The translations under genes were made by a program, and so were the position numbers. The notes below the pieces were generated by a model. It saw only the letters and a list, made by a program, of their open reading frames with translations, had not been told where the DNA came from and did no database searches. A stretch of DNA of 64,000 nucleotides from Macrostomum hystrix (lineage: Eukaryota > Animalia > Platyhelminthes): the NCBI GenBank assembly GCA_950097015.1, contig CATNEN010000039.1, forward strand, positions 14,570,001 to 14,634,000. Reading direction: 5' to 3'. Shown in pieces: positions 36,701 to 49,300 of the stretch; positions within the stretch are counted from its first letter, which is position 1, and each line of letters opens with the position of its first letter.

Positions 36701-39700
36701 CCAGCGTGTTGAGGATTTCGGCGGCCTGAGCAGCGGCCTTTTGAAACGACTCAGAGATGGTGGTTGGGTGGATGCCCTTGGATAGAAGCTTCTGGCTAGC
36801 CTCTAGCATGCTGCCAGCCAGCACAACAACAGAGGTGGTGCCGTCGCCAGCTTCGATGTCCTGCGCTTTGGATAGTTCCACTAACATCTTGGCAGCCGGG
36901 TGGATGACCTTCATCTGCTTGAGGATGGTGGCGCCGTCATTGGTGATGGTCACATCACCCCTGCCATCCTGAATCTGAAGGTAAAAAAATACATCAGAGA
37001 TAAGAAAAAAATATATTTAAATAATTAAATACTAACAATTAACACCATAAATAATTCTATTAATTTCATACCATTTTATCCATTCCTCGAGGTCCAAGAC
37101 TGGTGCGAATGGCAGATGCAACAGCTAAAATTTGTAGCATTGGGCATAATTATATTAATTTTAACCATAAGAAAAATTTTACTTTTTTAAATTTGGTTTT
37201 GCAATACAAGGCCTTGTCCAGTAATGAAATGACTAAATCACAACAAATTTGAAATAACAAATGTCATATTATAAAAAACAGCTATTGCACACTGGCAAAT
37301 CTTTAACAAAAAGCATCTAGAAAATAAACTCATGTCACAGATTTTTTATTACACTTTTAACTTTTAAGTAGACAGAAAATATTTTTAGCATGCTCTTTAC
37401 ATGATAGACATAATCAAAATGCCAGATTAGGAAACCATGAAATGACAAGTAACTTATAGATCTCTAAGTTTTAATTATGCCTTTAATAAAAACTTCAACC
37501 AGACTGCTGCTTTGATTTACTTTTATATTATCAAGTTTGTACTTTACTACTCTTCTATCTTATCGAAGACAAATATATATATATAAAGGCAAGGGTTTCA
37601 TTTGTTTAACTATTTATCAAATCATTTTAAGTCACATTCTTTGTGACTTATTCACATTCTCAATCACATTCACATTCACATTCTTAAACTTCTATATCAT
37701 TTGTATGAGCTATACTAAACACAAAATTTAAATTATGGTTATGAAAGAGACATTTCCTAAATGTACAAATCAAAAGAATAAATCAAACATAAATATTGTG
37801 AGCGACCAGAAATTCAGAGGAAACATAGGCAAGTTGCAGGTGTCACACTGCAAGGCCTGCTCTACCTCTAACAATGTGGCTACAATTAACCCATATCAGT
37901 CATTTTAATTATCATTTGATCATTCTGTGCAAGTGCAACTGCCTAATTTTCCTTTATATACAACTATAGGGTAATATATAATCAACCGAACAGTGTATCT
38001 TCAAAACCGAACAAGAATTTTGACTCCTTCCTTGATCTCGTACAAGACAGAAACAAGCTATTGTGTTTCACAGAACAACTAATTTGAAAGTTGAAGAAAT
38101 TATCTACCAGCTAAGGCATGATGTGCAATGAAGCATTAAGAGGAAAGAAAGATATTGATGTTTCAGTAGAAATTTTTATTGCAAAAGCAAACTTTTTAAC
38201 AACATTTTTTCAGTATGTACTTTAGACAAATATTGTATGTGGTTGCCTGCCAATTAAATGACCATAAATGTTGTTATTTATAGAGCATGAAAAATGCTTT
38301 CAAATAACATAATTCATGATAGTTCACTCCTTAAAATAAGATTAAACTACTCACTCAAATTGTAAAACCAAACATCAAATTCTCTGTTTGGTTTGAAGAT
38401 ACATGAAAATCATTGTTTGGTTTTAGATAAAAAGAAGGAATAAATTTTTTTCTATTTGACAAAATAGCAAAAGCAGATACTTTTTAGAAAGATGTAACTG
38501 TTTTCTATAACTTGGCTTTTGATTTATCATCATATCTTAAATAGAAAATCTGTAGCTAAGGTTTGAAGTTAAAAAAATACACATTCTTGTTTGGTTGATG
38601 ATACAATACCCTATACAAAATATAATAGCAATTACTGATCCAACATATGATTCTAGATTTGAAGTATGCCCTCACATTCTCAAACAGTAATTGCCTCACA
38701 TGTCAGATATTGAAGGCTAAAGATCAATGTGCTTGCAATTTTTACAAAATTTGATAAACTGAAGGTTATATGTTAAGGGTTCCAGGTCATTTCGGTGACA
38801 AGACATTTCGGTGACATCGTTTCGGTGACAAAATGGGTCAGTTCGGTGACAACTATTCTTGCACCTGAATATGCTTAGGAAACAGCCTTCCAGTTCCATG
38901 TGCTTAGAAAACAGCCTTCCATGTGAACTACGCACACCTATTAAGTATTATTAAATAATGATGAATAATGATTAGTTCACATGGAAGGCTGTTTTCTAAG
39001 CATATTCAGGTACAAGAATAGTTGTCACTAAACTGACCCATTCTGTCACCGAAATGTCTTGTCACCAAAATGACCTGGGACCATGTTAAGTACCAAAATG
39101 GCTCATATAACCAAAACAAACTGAGTGTTACAGATGTCTGTTACGAAATTTTTTTAGATACTAATTATATGCAATAAAATCAGGACCTAGTAGGTAGTAG
39201 CTAGCTACTAAAGCCAATAAAACATAAACTGCATTTAGGTGATATCTAATTTGGAAATGCTCAATTCCCACAATCTCGTGCCGATAATTTCAATTTTATC
39301 TATATGGATCCATGCCAATAATTTACTGCTTATCTACACAACAGCTTATATGAATAGGTCTACTTGCAAGTCCCACCTATTCTTCTCTGAGCATAAGGCT
39401 TTTGCTTCAGAGTATAGTGTATAGTGTACACTATCAATGCATAGTGTAAAATAATAACAACATGATGTATAATATGTGTGAAGAGTGGTGCTGACTAGAA
39501 TTCTGCTGGTTGAGTCGTATGATTTTCTTTGATAGACTTCTTACTTTTAAAGTCAATCAATTGGCTCGAGGGTTCAACAAAACATTCAAACCCAAAAGGG
39601 CCTTGTTCCAAGGAAAAGAACCATGTGGATAAAAGTGAAATTAACGGCATGGCATATTTATATAAAGAGTTTTAGACCTATTCATACAAGCTGCCATGTG

Positions 39701-40174
39701 GATAAGCAGAAAATTATTGGCACGGCTCTGTGGATAAAATTGAAATTAACAGCATGGCATATATAAAGAGTTGTATACCTATTCATACAAGCTGACGTGT
39801 GGATAAGCAGAAAATTATCGGCATGGATTCGTGAGGATAAAATTGAAATTATTGGCACGGGACTGTGTGAATAAGCTATGCCATGTAATTTAGGTATTTA
39901 CCCAGTGGGCACTGCTTCTGCAGTCTAGAATAGCTACAATTCATAGCGATGGGACTTGCTGTTACATATGCTAGAATGACCTTACATTAGACAACACAAT
40001 AAAGTAAAATGTTCACTTTTTTTAATAGAAAAAACTGCTGTAAAACACATCACTTCACTTACACTTTGCGGCAACAATATTGCTTTCCCGAATTTGCGCT
40101 GGCTTATTCTTTCCTTCATAATCTGCTCTTGACTTACGTACTGTAATTGCTGGCTTTGTTGCTGCTTTGCTCAT
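33773..40174 (-). CDS. CCT4: T-complex protein 1 subunit delta, 535 aa
   Basis: Exons 40174-40063, 37124-37072, 36974-36693, 36590-35931, 35504-35374, 35001-34653, 33793-33773 (1608 nt). [85 protein letters not shown]. Confidence 0.96.
34322..34590 (+). mobile_element. SINE family A with a tRNA-like head (in CCT4 intron 6)
   Basis: AGGGGGTGATTGGCAGAGCGGTCTAAC (A box) followed by family-A body blocks and an ATT-rich tail. Confidence 0.7.
35093..35160 (-). ncRNA. SNORD25: C/D box snoRNA, U25/snR56-like (copy 1, CCT4 intron 5)
   Basis: Minus strand: ATGATGA (box C)-ATATACAGACCTGTT-TTGA (D')...AAACT-CTGA (D). The guide is complementary to the conserved 18S AACAGGUCUGU; TCTA/TAGA terminal stem. 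Confidence 0.85.
35220..35291 (-). ncRNA. SNORD25: C/D box snoRNA, U25/snR56-like (copy 2, CCT4 intron 5)
   Basis: GTGATGA-TCAATACAGACCTGTT-TTGA...CTGA; flanking AATTGCG/CGCAATT stem. Confidence 0.85.
35595..35666 (-). ncRNA. SNORD25: C/D box snoRNA, U25/snR56-like (copy 3, CCT4 intron 4)
   Basis: ATGATGA-CAAATACAGACCTGTT-TTGA...CTGA. Confidence 0.85.
37969..38611. mobile_element. Non-autonomous DNA transposon (MITE) in CCT4 intron 1
   Basis: ~24-bp TIRs GGGTAATATATAATCAACCGAACA / (rc) GGGTATTGTATCATCAACCAAACA, flanked by TATA on both sides. Confidence 0.7.
38778..39082. mobile_element. Palindromic MITE with an 8-bp target-site duplication
   Basis: Target-site duplication ATGTTAAG at 38770-38777 and 39083-39090; GGTTCCAGGTC termini; TTCGGTGACA subterminal repeats; arms inverted over nearly the full length. 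Confidence 0.9.
39620..39880. repeat. Degenerate repeats with a TGTGGATAA..GAAATTA..GGCA core
   Basis: About 6 copies; probably transposon subterminal repeats. Confidence 0.6.
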
Positions 40175-41799
40175 TTTGAAGCAACGTTAAGAAATGCTTA
40201 ATATCGAAAATCTATCAAAAAGCATAAGAAATACCGACATAAGTAAAAATGTACAGTGACGCGTAAGAGTGGCATGCAAAATGCTTTAAGCTGCAGAATC
40301 GTCAAAGCATTTCTATAGCATACAATATAACAAAAGTTATAACAATAGCCTTTCGCTTCTTAATTTCTTTATTCCTATTCATACTGTATTCAAGTAAGTT
40401 AGCTAATTGTCCTAATTTTATAGGCAATGCTAAGATATATATATTCGTTTATTATGCACATTTTTTAAAGTTGATCTGCTGGTATACACCGTACAAATTT
40501 AGGTTGTTTTGGCGCATCCTGTAAAAAGTTTTTATTTACGGAGCGAATAACACCAACAAATGCTTAAAATATCTAAATTTTATTAAGCAAGGTGAATCAA
40601 AGGATCGACTAGCTATTTATGCATGAATGCATGAGCTATTTATACAGTCTCAGTGCAAACCAGGAGGGTCGTATTACAATTGTTGTTTTGTCGCTAAAAA
40701 GAAATTAAATACACAAAAAAGTTTTTAACTACGAGCTAAATTTCAATACGCTCAGTCTTTATATTTTTAGATGATTTAAATTACATGTTAAATATCAATT
40801 TAAACATACAGATGATATCGTAGCATGGAGTTTTTGGTGTAATGTCATTTATGAAAGCACATCTGGATTCACTTGGTTTAGCGATAAGTTTACGTTTAGA
40901 ATTACTGCGAATATAAATATGCTTAAGTACAGATTCGGCAGCAATAAAGCTACGTATTATAATAATAGCACTTAATAAAACCAATTTAAAAAATAGTTGA
41001 TTTGCAGGACATCAGGTGGGCGGTGGACTGCGTTTGCGTCTCGCGTCAAGCTTCCTGAGGCCACATTCAAATTTTGGCGCAGCAACTAGCAGCGTAGAGA
41101 AAGCTCGGGCCTGTCAGGCAGGGTCATAGAACTACTGTTTGGTCACAGTTCTGAGCGTTTAACTAGATGTACATAAAGTTAATTTGATGTGAGAATGAGT
41201 AATTTTAACAGTAGAAGGACCGCAGGGTATTTAAAATACACAAATTATTGTTTTTTTCTTTATCTCTGAAAATATTGGACCGATCGCCAGTCCAATATTA
41301 CAGTCTACTAAGACTACAGTCTAAAATTTTCCGCTCTATCCGATTAAACAACTTCCAGAATCATAAAACATCGGCATCGTCGAGATATTCAACGATTCTC
41401 GTCGGCGTGTCTGCATGTTGGTAAAAACCACGAATATGGGCATAATTTCATCATATAAACATGCTGGTAATCATTTTTTTACTAAAGGATTAATTAAATT
41501 GTTAATTTTTTATTTCTGAACCAATATGGACTCGGACGGCTTTGAAAGTTAGTTCATCGTAAAGGGTGGAAAAACTTTATCCACAAGGTGGACTTTCACG
41601 AAAATCAGTCCTTTGGTTTGGGCGCTTTCGTGAAGTAGGCAGCGGGTATTTGAAACACCTCCCGTGGTCCCCAGGTGGAAAAATAGCTTGGTCTTTCTAC
41701 TGTTAATGCTTGGCGACCTGGAAAAGCGTTGAATTGTGACAGCCTTAATATAAAGTTTCTCGGAATGTTAGTTCAAACAAGGTATTAGCAGGCGGCCGG

Positions 41800-43930
41800 T
41801 CACTGCTGCTCCTGGGCCGGAGGTTGTTCGTCTTGACCAGACAGCTCAGGCGAGGAGAACTGCAGCTCCACAGTGTAGAGACCCGCAACTCCGCAGTGCC
41901 TAGAATTAATGAGAGCCACAAAGTTTCTCAGCCTGTAGATCTCGACGCAATCGGCGAATTCGGCCAGCAGGATGTGCGTGAACGAGCAGCGGGACACGGT
42001 CCGCCGGTAAAAGCTGATGCGTCTCAGGCAGGCCAGGTGGTGCGGGTGCAGGCCACGCAGGATGAAATCGGCGCCGCTCCACTGGCGCCAGTTGGCTTCG
42101 AGATGCCTGGCGTTGCCTAGCAATCGACAGCTCACCACAATGTAGGCCGCGGTCGGCGTTAATGGTCGGCGATCATGATTTGATGCGCCGGCGTCTTCAG
42201 AATCCAGCCATATGGTTGACAACTCGCTGAAGCCTCCTGCATCTCGCGATGGTAAAACAGCAACATTTTACATGCATTTGTCCATAATAATGATAATAGT
42301 TTATAATATTGATTGGTATTCTGGCCGAATCGGGCCAGATGTGCAGCCGACAGCCTTGGAGGTTGGCCCTCAAGGGCGTAAACAGGGACTACTTGAACTA
42401 CTCATCTATCACAAACTACTTAAACCACTTAAACTGGGCGTAAATTGCATGACAAGCCCCCAAGGCCTCCCTCCGCGGCTGTCGCGGAATCGAGCTCAGG
42501 GACCTTGGTAAGAGAGAAAAAGGAGTTGACCTCTCTGCCACTTACCCCCTAACTCTACTAGCAAGTCTCACATAACTCACCCTGGTGATGCACCTGCTCA
42601 TCGCCGTGACCCTCGCGAATCACCTTCACCCAGGCCGGGTCATGGATGAAGCTATTAGACGGCGGTTGAACGTGAAACACGGTGTAACTTAGGTAAGGGA
42701 ATCGATCTACAACCATCAATGTTACAGGATACTGTATCTTCATAGTTTAACAATTTATCACATCTTAAAGTAAAAAGAAATTCTAGGCTTACCGAATGGT
42801 TCGACATTCTTCAATAGCAGACCATTGACAAACTGCGGATGCAGCTGCACAACCTTTGACACGTGCTGGAAGCCCTCCTTGAAGGTGCGAAAACTTGGCG
42901 GCGGCGTGATCGTCTCGAAAAAGTTGAAGATGAAATACAGGCTGTCAGATGGCCACGCTGACTGTGATTGCTGAAGTGGTGGAACGTATTTCAGTTAATT
43001 AATAGTGTATCTGAATCTATCACAATGATCCTCAGAACGATTCTGGTATCTAAATCTATCACAATGATCCTCAGAACGATTCTGGTATCTAAATCTATCA
43101 CAATGATCCTCAGAACGATTCTGGTATCTAAATCTATCACAATGATCCTCACAACGATTCTGGTATCTAAATCTATCATGTGATCCTCAGAACGATTCTG
43201 GTATCTGAATCTATCACAATGATCCTCAGAACGATTCTGGTATCTAAATCTATCACAATGATCCTCAGAACGATTCTGGTATCTAAATCTATCACAATGA
43301 TCCTCAGAACGATTCTGGTATCTGAATCTATCACAATGATCTTTAGAACGATTCTGGTATCTGAATCTATCACAATGATCCTCTGAACGATTCTGGTATC
43401 TAAATCTATCACAATGATCCTCAGAACGATTCTGGTATTTGAATCTATCACAATGATCTTCAGAACGATTCTGGTATTTGAATCTATCACAATGATCCTT
43501 AGAACGATTCTGGTATCTGAATTTATCACACTGATCCTCAGAACCCGTTTTAAAATTCATAAACACCAGGTGACTTTGAGAGCACATAAATACTCCCAGG
43601 TGATAATTCTCTTACCGAAAAGGTAACCTTCTTAGCCAGCTGTCGCGTAGCCATTATGGATTGAGTTGTGGTCCGCCAAAGGCGCTCGCCTGCGACGCCA
43701 CTACCGCTGCTGTCGGCAGTACTGGTTCCGACAGCAGCGTCGCCTCCGCCACCGAATGGCAGCATTCTGGAGTAGCGCCGGCCTTTATAAAACAGCTGCT
43801 GCTGCTGCTGCTGGCACTGTGCCTCTGGCTGCTCCGATTGCTCCTGCTGTTGCTGCTTCTGCCGTCTCCGTGCAGTGTTAGACATTGCGGGAGGGGAAGA
43901 AATAGGCGTGCCGCTAAGATCGTCAGGCAT
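41800..43930 (-). CDS. Conserved uncharacterised invertebrate protein (DUF7153-like, from memory); start codon uncertain (43930 or 43885)
   Basis: Exons ~43930-43616, 42970-42793, 42706-42581, 42236-41800 with consistent phases. Motifs LYFIFNFFE, GLLLKNVE..DRFPYLSYTV, LEANWRQWSGADFI, RISFYRR, FTHILLAEF, RHCGVAGLY. Confidence 0.8.
42352..42552 (-). mobile_element. SINE family A 5' part (tRNA head + first body block)
   Basis: Minus strand: AGGGGGTAAGTGGCAGAGAGG (A box)..GAGCTCGATTCC (B-box-like)..GCCTTGGGGGCTTGTCATGCAATT..TTGAGGGCCAACCTCC. Confidence 0.7.
43005..43545. repeat. 39-bp intronic minisatellite
   Basis: (GTATCTAAATCTATCACAATGATCCTCAGAACGATTCTG)n, about 14 units. Confidence 0.95.
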
Positions 43931-44639
43931 TGGGCTGTCGGTGTTGGGGATCAAGGGCCGGGGAATCGTTGGCCTATGAAAAGGGACTGTAAATGTTTCC
44001 TCTTTGGGCACAGCTAACACCGGGCCAAACGGGGCAGAAATCAAACAGAGAGTTTGGCTGAATTCAGAGCTCGCACCTGTGAGCCATACTCAGGAGATCT
44101 GTTGGCACTGCTGCAGGACCTCACTCTGATCGGTGTCCCGGTATAAAAATCTTATTCTTTCTCTTTCTTTGCTTTGCATATGGGCGTCTCCCCTGCTGGT
44201 AAAAAAGAGTCTAAGTATGTTAAGGGAGAGAAATGCCAGCGGACTCATTCTCTTTCCTCGAAACGATCGCGATAATGCCACAGCAATACAGCGGCAATGG
44301 GGATTTGTGCATGCGATTTAGCACAGAAAATGGTTGCTGCAGATTTCTATTCCTTATTTGTGCATTTGCATGCAGGGCATTGGACAGAGTCGGTCAATCT
44401 TGGGGTTAGGAAAAATTTCACTCTCATTGCCTTTTATGGTGCTAAGAGAATATCTAGCTGTGTGAGCAACAGCAATGATCTTGTGTTTGCAACGACGGCC
44501 TTCCGTGAGAAACTCAAAATTGAACGAAATTCGTGAGCTGTGGGGCTACACAGACTTTGATGCTCGCAGATAAGAATTCATTTCATAAATCATAAACTTA
44601 ACAGATCAGAAATCCCTGTATAGACGATGATTGACGTGG

Positions 44640-45570
44640 CCCAATCACAGTACGGACCATTTCGATGGCTGCGGTCCAATCGCAGTACAGACCATTTTAA
44701 TGGCTGCAATCCAATCACAGTACAGACCTTGGCTTCGGTCCAATCGCAGTACAGACCATTTTAATGGCTGCAATCCAATCACAGTACAGACCTTGGCTTC
44801 GGTCCAATCACAGTACAACATGACCATTTCGATGGCTGTGGTCCAATCACAGTACAGACCATTTTAATGGCTGCAATCCAATCACAGTACAGACCTTGGC
44901 TTCGGTCCAATCGCAGTGCAGACCATTTTGATGGCTGTGGTCCAATCACAGTACAACATGACCATTTCGATGGCTGTGGTCCAATCACAGTACAGACCAT
45001 TTCGATGGCTGCATGTGGTCCAATCACAGTACAGACTATAAATGGCTGCAATCCAATCACAGTACAGACCATGGCTGCAGTCCAATCGCAGTACAGAACA
45101 TTTCGATGGCTGCGGTCCAATCGCAGTACAGAACAATTCGATGGCTGTGGTCCAATCGCAGTACAGATCATTTCGATGGCTGTGGTCCAATCGCAGTACA
45201 GAACATTTCGATGGCTGCGGTCCAATCGCAGTACAGCATAACTATTTCGATGGCTGTGGTCCAATCACAGTACAGCATAACCATTTCGATGGCTGTGGTC
45301 CAATCACAGTACAGCATAACTATTTCGATGGCTGTGGTCCAATCACAGTACAGCATAACCATTTCGATGGTTGCGGTCCAATCACAGTACAGCATATCTA
45401 TTTCGATGGCTGCGGTCCAATCACAGTACAGCATATCTATTTCGATGGCTGCGGTCCAATCACAGTACAGCATATCTATTTCGATGGCTGTGGTCCAATC
45501 GCAGTACAGAACATTTCGATGGCTGTGGTCCAATCGCAGTACATACCATTTCGATAGCTGCGGTCCAATC
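44640..45570. repeat. ~30-40-bp minisatellite with a CCAATC core
   Basis: (ATTTCGATGGCTG[T/C]GGTCCAATC[A/G]CAGTACAG..)n. Confidence 0.93.
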
Positions 45571-45989
45571 AGCATAACAATGTTAGAGTGGACTAAAAGA
45601 CAAAAATAATAAAAAGACAAAATAATTTATCAAGCTTTAGCAAAAAACTAAACAGAGAAAATGTCGCCGAAGCTGCAGTATCAAAACAGATTTATTTGCT
45701 ATAACAAGCCATGCATAACCCTTTATTATTATCTGAGCATGAAGTCACAGAGTGAGTTAGCGAGCAAAATTCTTAACAATTAGGTCTTTGTTCAATTAGT
45801 TCTAGTTAGTTAATTGTACACAGCGAAGTCAAGAATAAGTTAATCTGAGGAGGAATGAGATTTATTATTGAAACAAAATTAATTTTAGCTCGGTTTAAGT
45901 AGGCGATTGCAGATATCTTTGACACAGTTCCAGCAAGGTGGGATACTCGTGGAATAACCAAAGCATTTGAAATAATTGAGACAGATAGG

Positions 45990-46320
45990 ATAATTTAGGT
46001 GGGATATTTTCTCAAGTATCCTAATTGGGACAGGGAGGATTTCAGACACGTCAGATAGTTCAGACAGATAGATTTTTTTAGATTCATGCGATACATTACA
46101 CAGGTGGGATAATTTAGACAGGTGGGATAATTTAGACAGGTGGGATAATTTAGATAGGTGGGATAATTTAGACAGGTGGGATAATTTAGACAGGTGGGAT
46201 AATTTAGACAGGTGGGATATTTTAGACAGGTGTGATATTTGTGGGAGGTGGGATAGTTTAGGAAATTGGGATATTTTTGGCAGATGGAATATTTTTGGCA
46301 GGTGGGATATTTTAGACAGG
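45990..46320. repeat. 18-bp repeat (GACAGGTGGGATAATTTA)n directly after the TTC12 stop codon
   Basis: Directly visible, with degenerate edges. Confidence 0.85.
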
Positions 46321-46328
46321 CCAGTTCC

Positions 46329-49300
46329 TCACAGTCGGATATTGTTGGTGGTGAGCACAGAGTTAAGAATATTGATGCCATCCAGCTGCCTGAGTCGCTC
46401 CCTGTGTCCGTGATGGGCCTGTGCCAGCTTGCCGCACAGGATGGCGCAGTTGGCCTTGGCCTCTTTATCCCGACAATCGCGCATGCGGCACAGCAGCAGG
46501 CGGATGATGTCAGTGCGAGCTAGCAGCTCTGCGGCGGCCGTGTCTTCAATGCAATGTCCCAAGCACAAAGCCGCATTGCCCAGCAGGCAGTCTGTGCGAG
46601 AGTGCAGCAGCTCCAGCAGCAGCTCCAGCCAATGTCCATCGTCGCCAACTCGATGCCTGGCATCGGGCTGGGCGGCCAGAGCGGCGGCGAGGATGCGCAG
46701 AGCCGAGGCGGCGCACGGATGGCCCGGAGAAGCCAGGACTCGCGACAGCAGGCCCAATGACGACGACGACGAAGAGCTGCCGACGTCACCGATTCGTCTG
46801 GCAAGCTCCAGGCATCGCGGAGCCAGAGTGGCCAGCAAGCCAAGGCTGAACTCGCGCAAGCTCAACTCCGCGCCAGGCTGATCTGCCAGACGCAGCGCCA
46901 ATTCGCCGAGGCCTGGCGAGGCGACCGATACGGCCGGTGTGGCCTCCAGGCAGACACTGGACAGAAGGCCAACGACAGCGGTGGCGGCGGACTGTTGCAG
47001 CTGCGGGATTTAGGAATATGGGTTGGGAATTCACCTTACCTAGCATGACCCAGCTTACCTAGCATGACCAACCTTACCGAGCGTGACCCACCTTACCGAG
47101 CTTGACCAACACCTTCCCTAGAATGATTACATAAGCTAGTATGACCCATATTACCAACTATGACCTACAATATCTAGAATTACCCATAATATCTAGTATA
47201 ACCCAAATAATGAAGCATGACCGAAACCATCAAGTTTGAACCATATTACTAGCATGACCCACACAATGAACAGTTAGTTACCTCTCCACCAGTGACATCG
47301 AAATCATCGTCAGCTTCGCCGGCAGTCTTGGCTGGCGCGTATCGCTCCAGCCCAGTGCCGCAGGCAGTCAGGAAGGACCGCTTGGCCGCCGCCGACAGTC
47401 TCAACTGCCTGCAGCCGGCCATCAGGCGTCGTAGCGCTTCAATAGCCAGACAGAATGCTGCCAGACTCTCGGATGCTCCGGCTGACACCAGCAACTCGCC
47501 AGCCTGCGCCACGCCGGTCAGGGCGGCGGGAGAGGCTCGTTCGATTCGCTCTCGAAGCTTCGTACAACCGGCCAACTGGCCAATCAGCCGCGAAGCTGTC
47601 AGGGCCGTCTGAGCAGTCTGACGCTGCGTCTGGCGGAGCAGCGAGGCTAGCAAAGCCAGGGGGTCTGGCAGGCTGCCGCAAAGCCGCTCGTCAGACAACT
47701 GGCTGATGACAGTCAGGGCGTCCAGTGCCGACTGTCTGGCGGCTGACAGCGAAGGCCCGGATCCGGCAGCGGCGACTGCTTCGGTAGCCTTGGCAACGAG
47801 CTGGCCGGGTTTGCACAGCAACGCCAGCTGGTGACTATTCTCAGCGTCGCCCTGGGCAACAGCAGCGGCTAGGCTAAGCGTGGCTGCCACCAGATCCAGC
47901 TGCGGGTTTGATCAAGGATTCAATGTTTAGGATATTGAAAACAGTTTGGATTACTGAGGCATGCGACTGCAAGTGGGAGTGTCACTTTAGTCTCATGATA
48001 GTTAGGTTGAATCTAATAATCGAACCACACCAACCTGAGGATCAGCCATGCCATCCAGTTGATCAGCCAGTACAGTCAGCACCGCAGGCTGTTTCGTGAG
48101 CAGACTAAAACCGCTCTTGGCTCGGAAAAGTGCGCGCTCATTCGCTCCGGTTAGTAGGGCGGCAAGGCAGCGCATGCCGGCTGTGTAATATGCCACCGGT
48201 TGGTCGCCCCTAGCCAGCCTATAGATCAGCATCTCCACCGAGTTCACGCTGCTGCCAGTGCCGCTACTGAATTCGGCCACAGCGCGAGCCTCGGCTTCGC
48301 GCGCTTCAACTAGGCGGTCTAAATCAGCCAGGCAGCGTTCGGCGTGGCCGGGGGTTGCGTCCAAACAGGCCGACATGCGGCTGTAGGCGGAGCGGGCATC
48401 CTCAAACCGGTTCAAACCGGTTAGAGCTTTAGCCTGAGGGATGGAAAAATCTAATCGAGTGTCATTATCGTAGATTGTCACTCACATACAGGTGTCATTA
48501 TCGCAGATTGTCACTCACATACAGGTGTCATTATCGCAGATTGTCACTCACATACAGGTGTCATTATCGCAGATTGTCACTCACATACAGGTGTCATTAT
48601 AGCAGATTGTCACTCACATACAGGTGTCATTATCGCAGATTGTCACTCACATACAGGTGTCATTATCGCAGATTGTCACTCACATACAGGTGTCATTATC
48701 GCAGATTGTCACTCACATACAGGTGTCATTATCGCAGATTGTCACTCACATACAGGTGTCATTATCGCAGATTGTCACTCACACACAGGTGTCATTAACG
48801 CAGATTGTCACTCACACACAGGTGTCATTATCGCAGATTGTCACTCACAGGTGTCATTGTCGCAGATTGTCACTCACACACAGGTGTCATTATCGCAGAT
48901 TGTCACCCACATACAGGTGTCACTATCGCAGATTGTCACTCACATACAGGTGTCACTATCGCAGATTGTCACTCACATACAGGTGTCACTATCGCAGATT
49001 GTCACTCACATACAGGTGTCACTATCGCAGATTGTCACTCACATACAGGTGTCACTATCGCAGATTGTCACTCACATACAGGTGTCATTATCGCAGATTG
49101 TCACTCACAAACATGTGTCACTATCGCAGATTGTCACTTACATACAGGTGTCATTAACGCAGATTGTCACTCACACACAGGTGTCATTATCGCAGATTGT
49201 CACACACAGGTGTCATTATCACAGATTGTCACTCACATACAGGTGTCATTATCGCAGATTGTCACTCACATACAGGTGTCATTATCGCAGATTGTCACTC

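Noticed and set aside
39620-39880. Clustered TGTGGATAA (bacterial DnaA boxes) suggesting an oriC or bacterial insert
   Set aside because: Lies within CCT4 intron 1 among MITEs with no bacterial genes; more likely transposon subterminal repeats.
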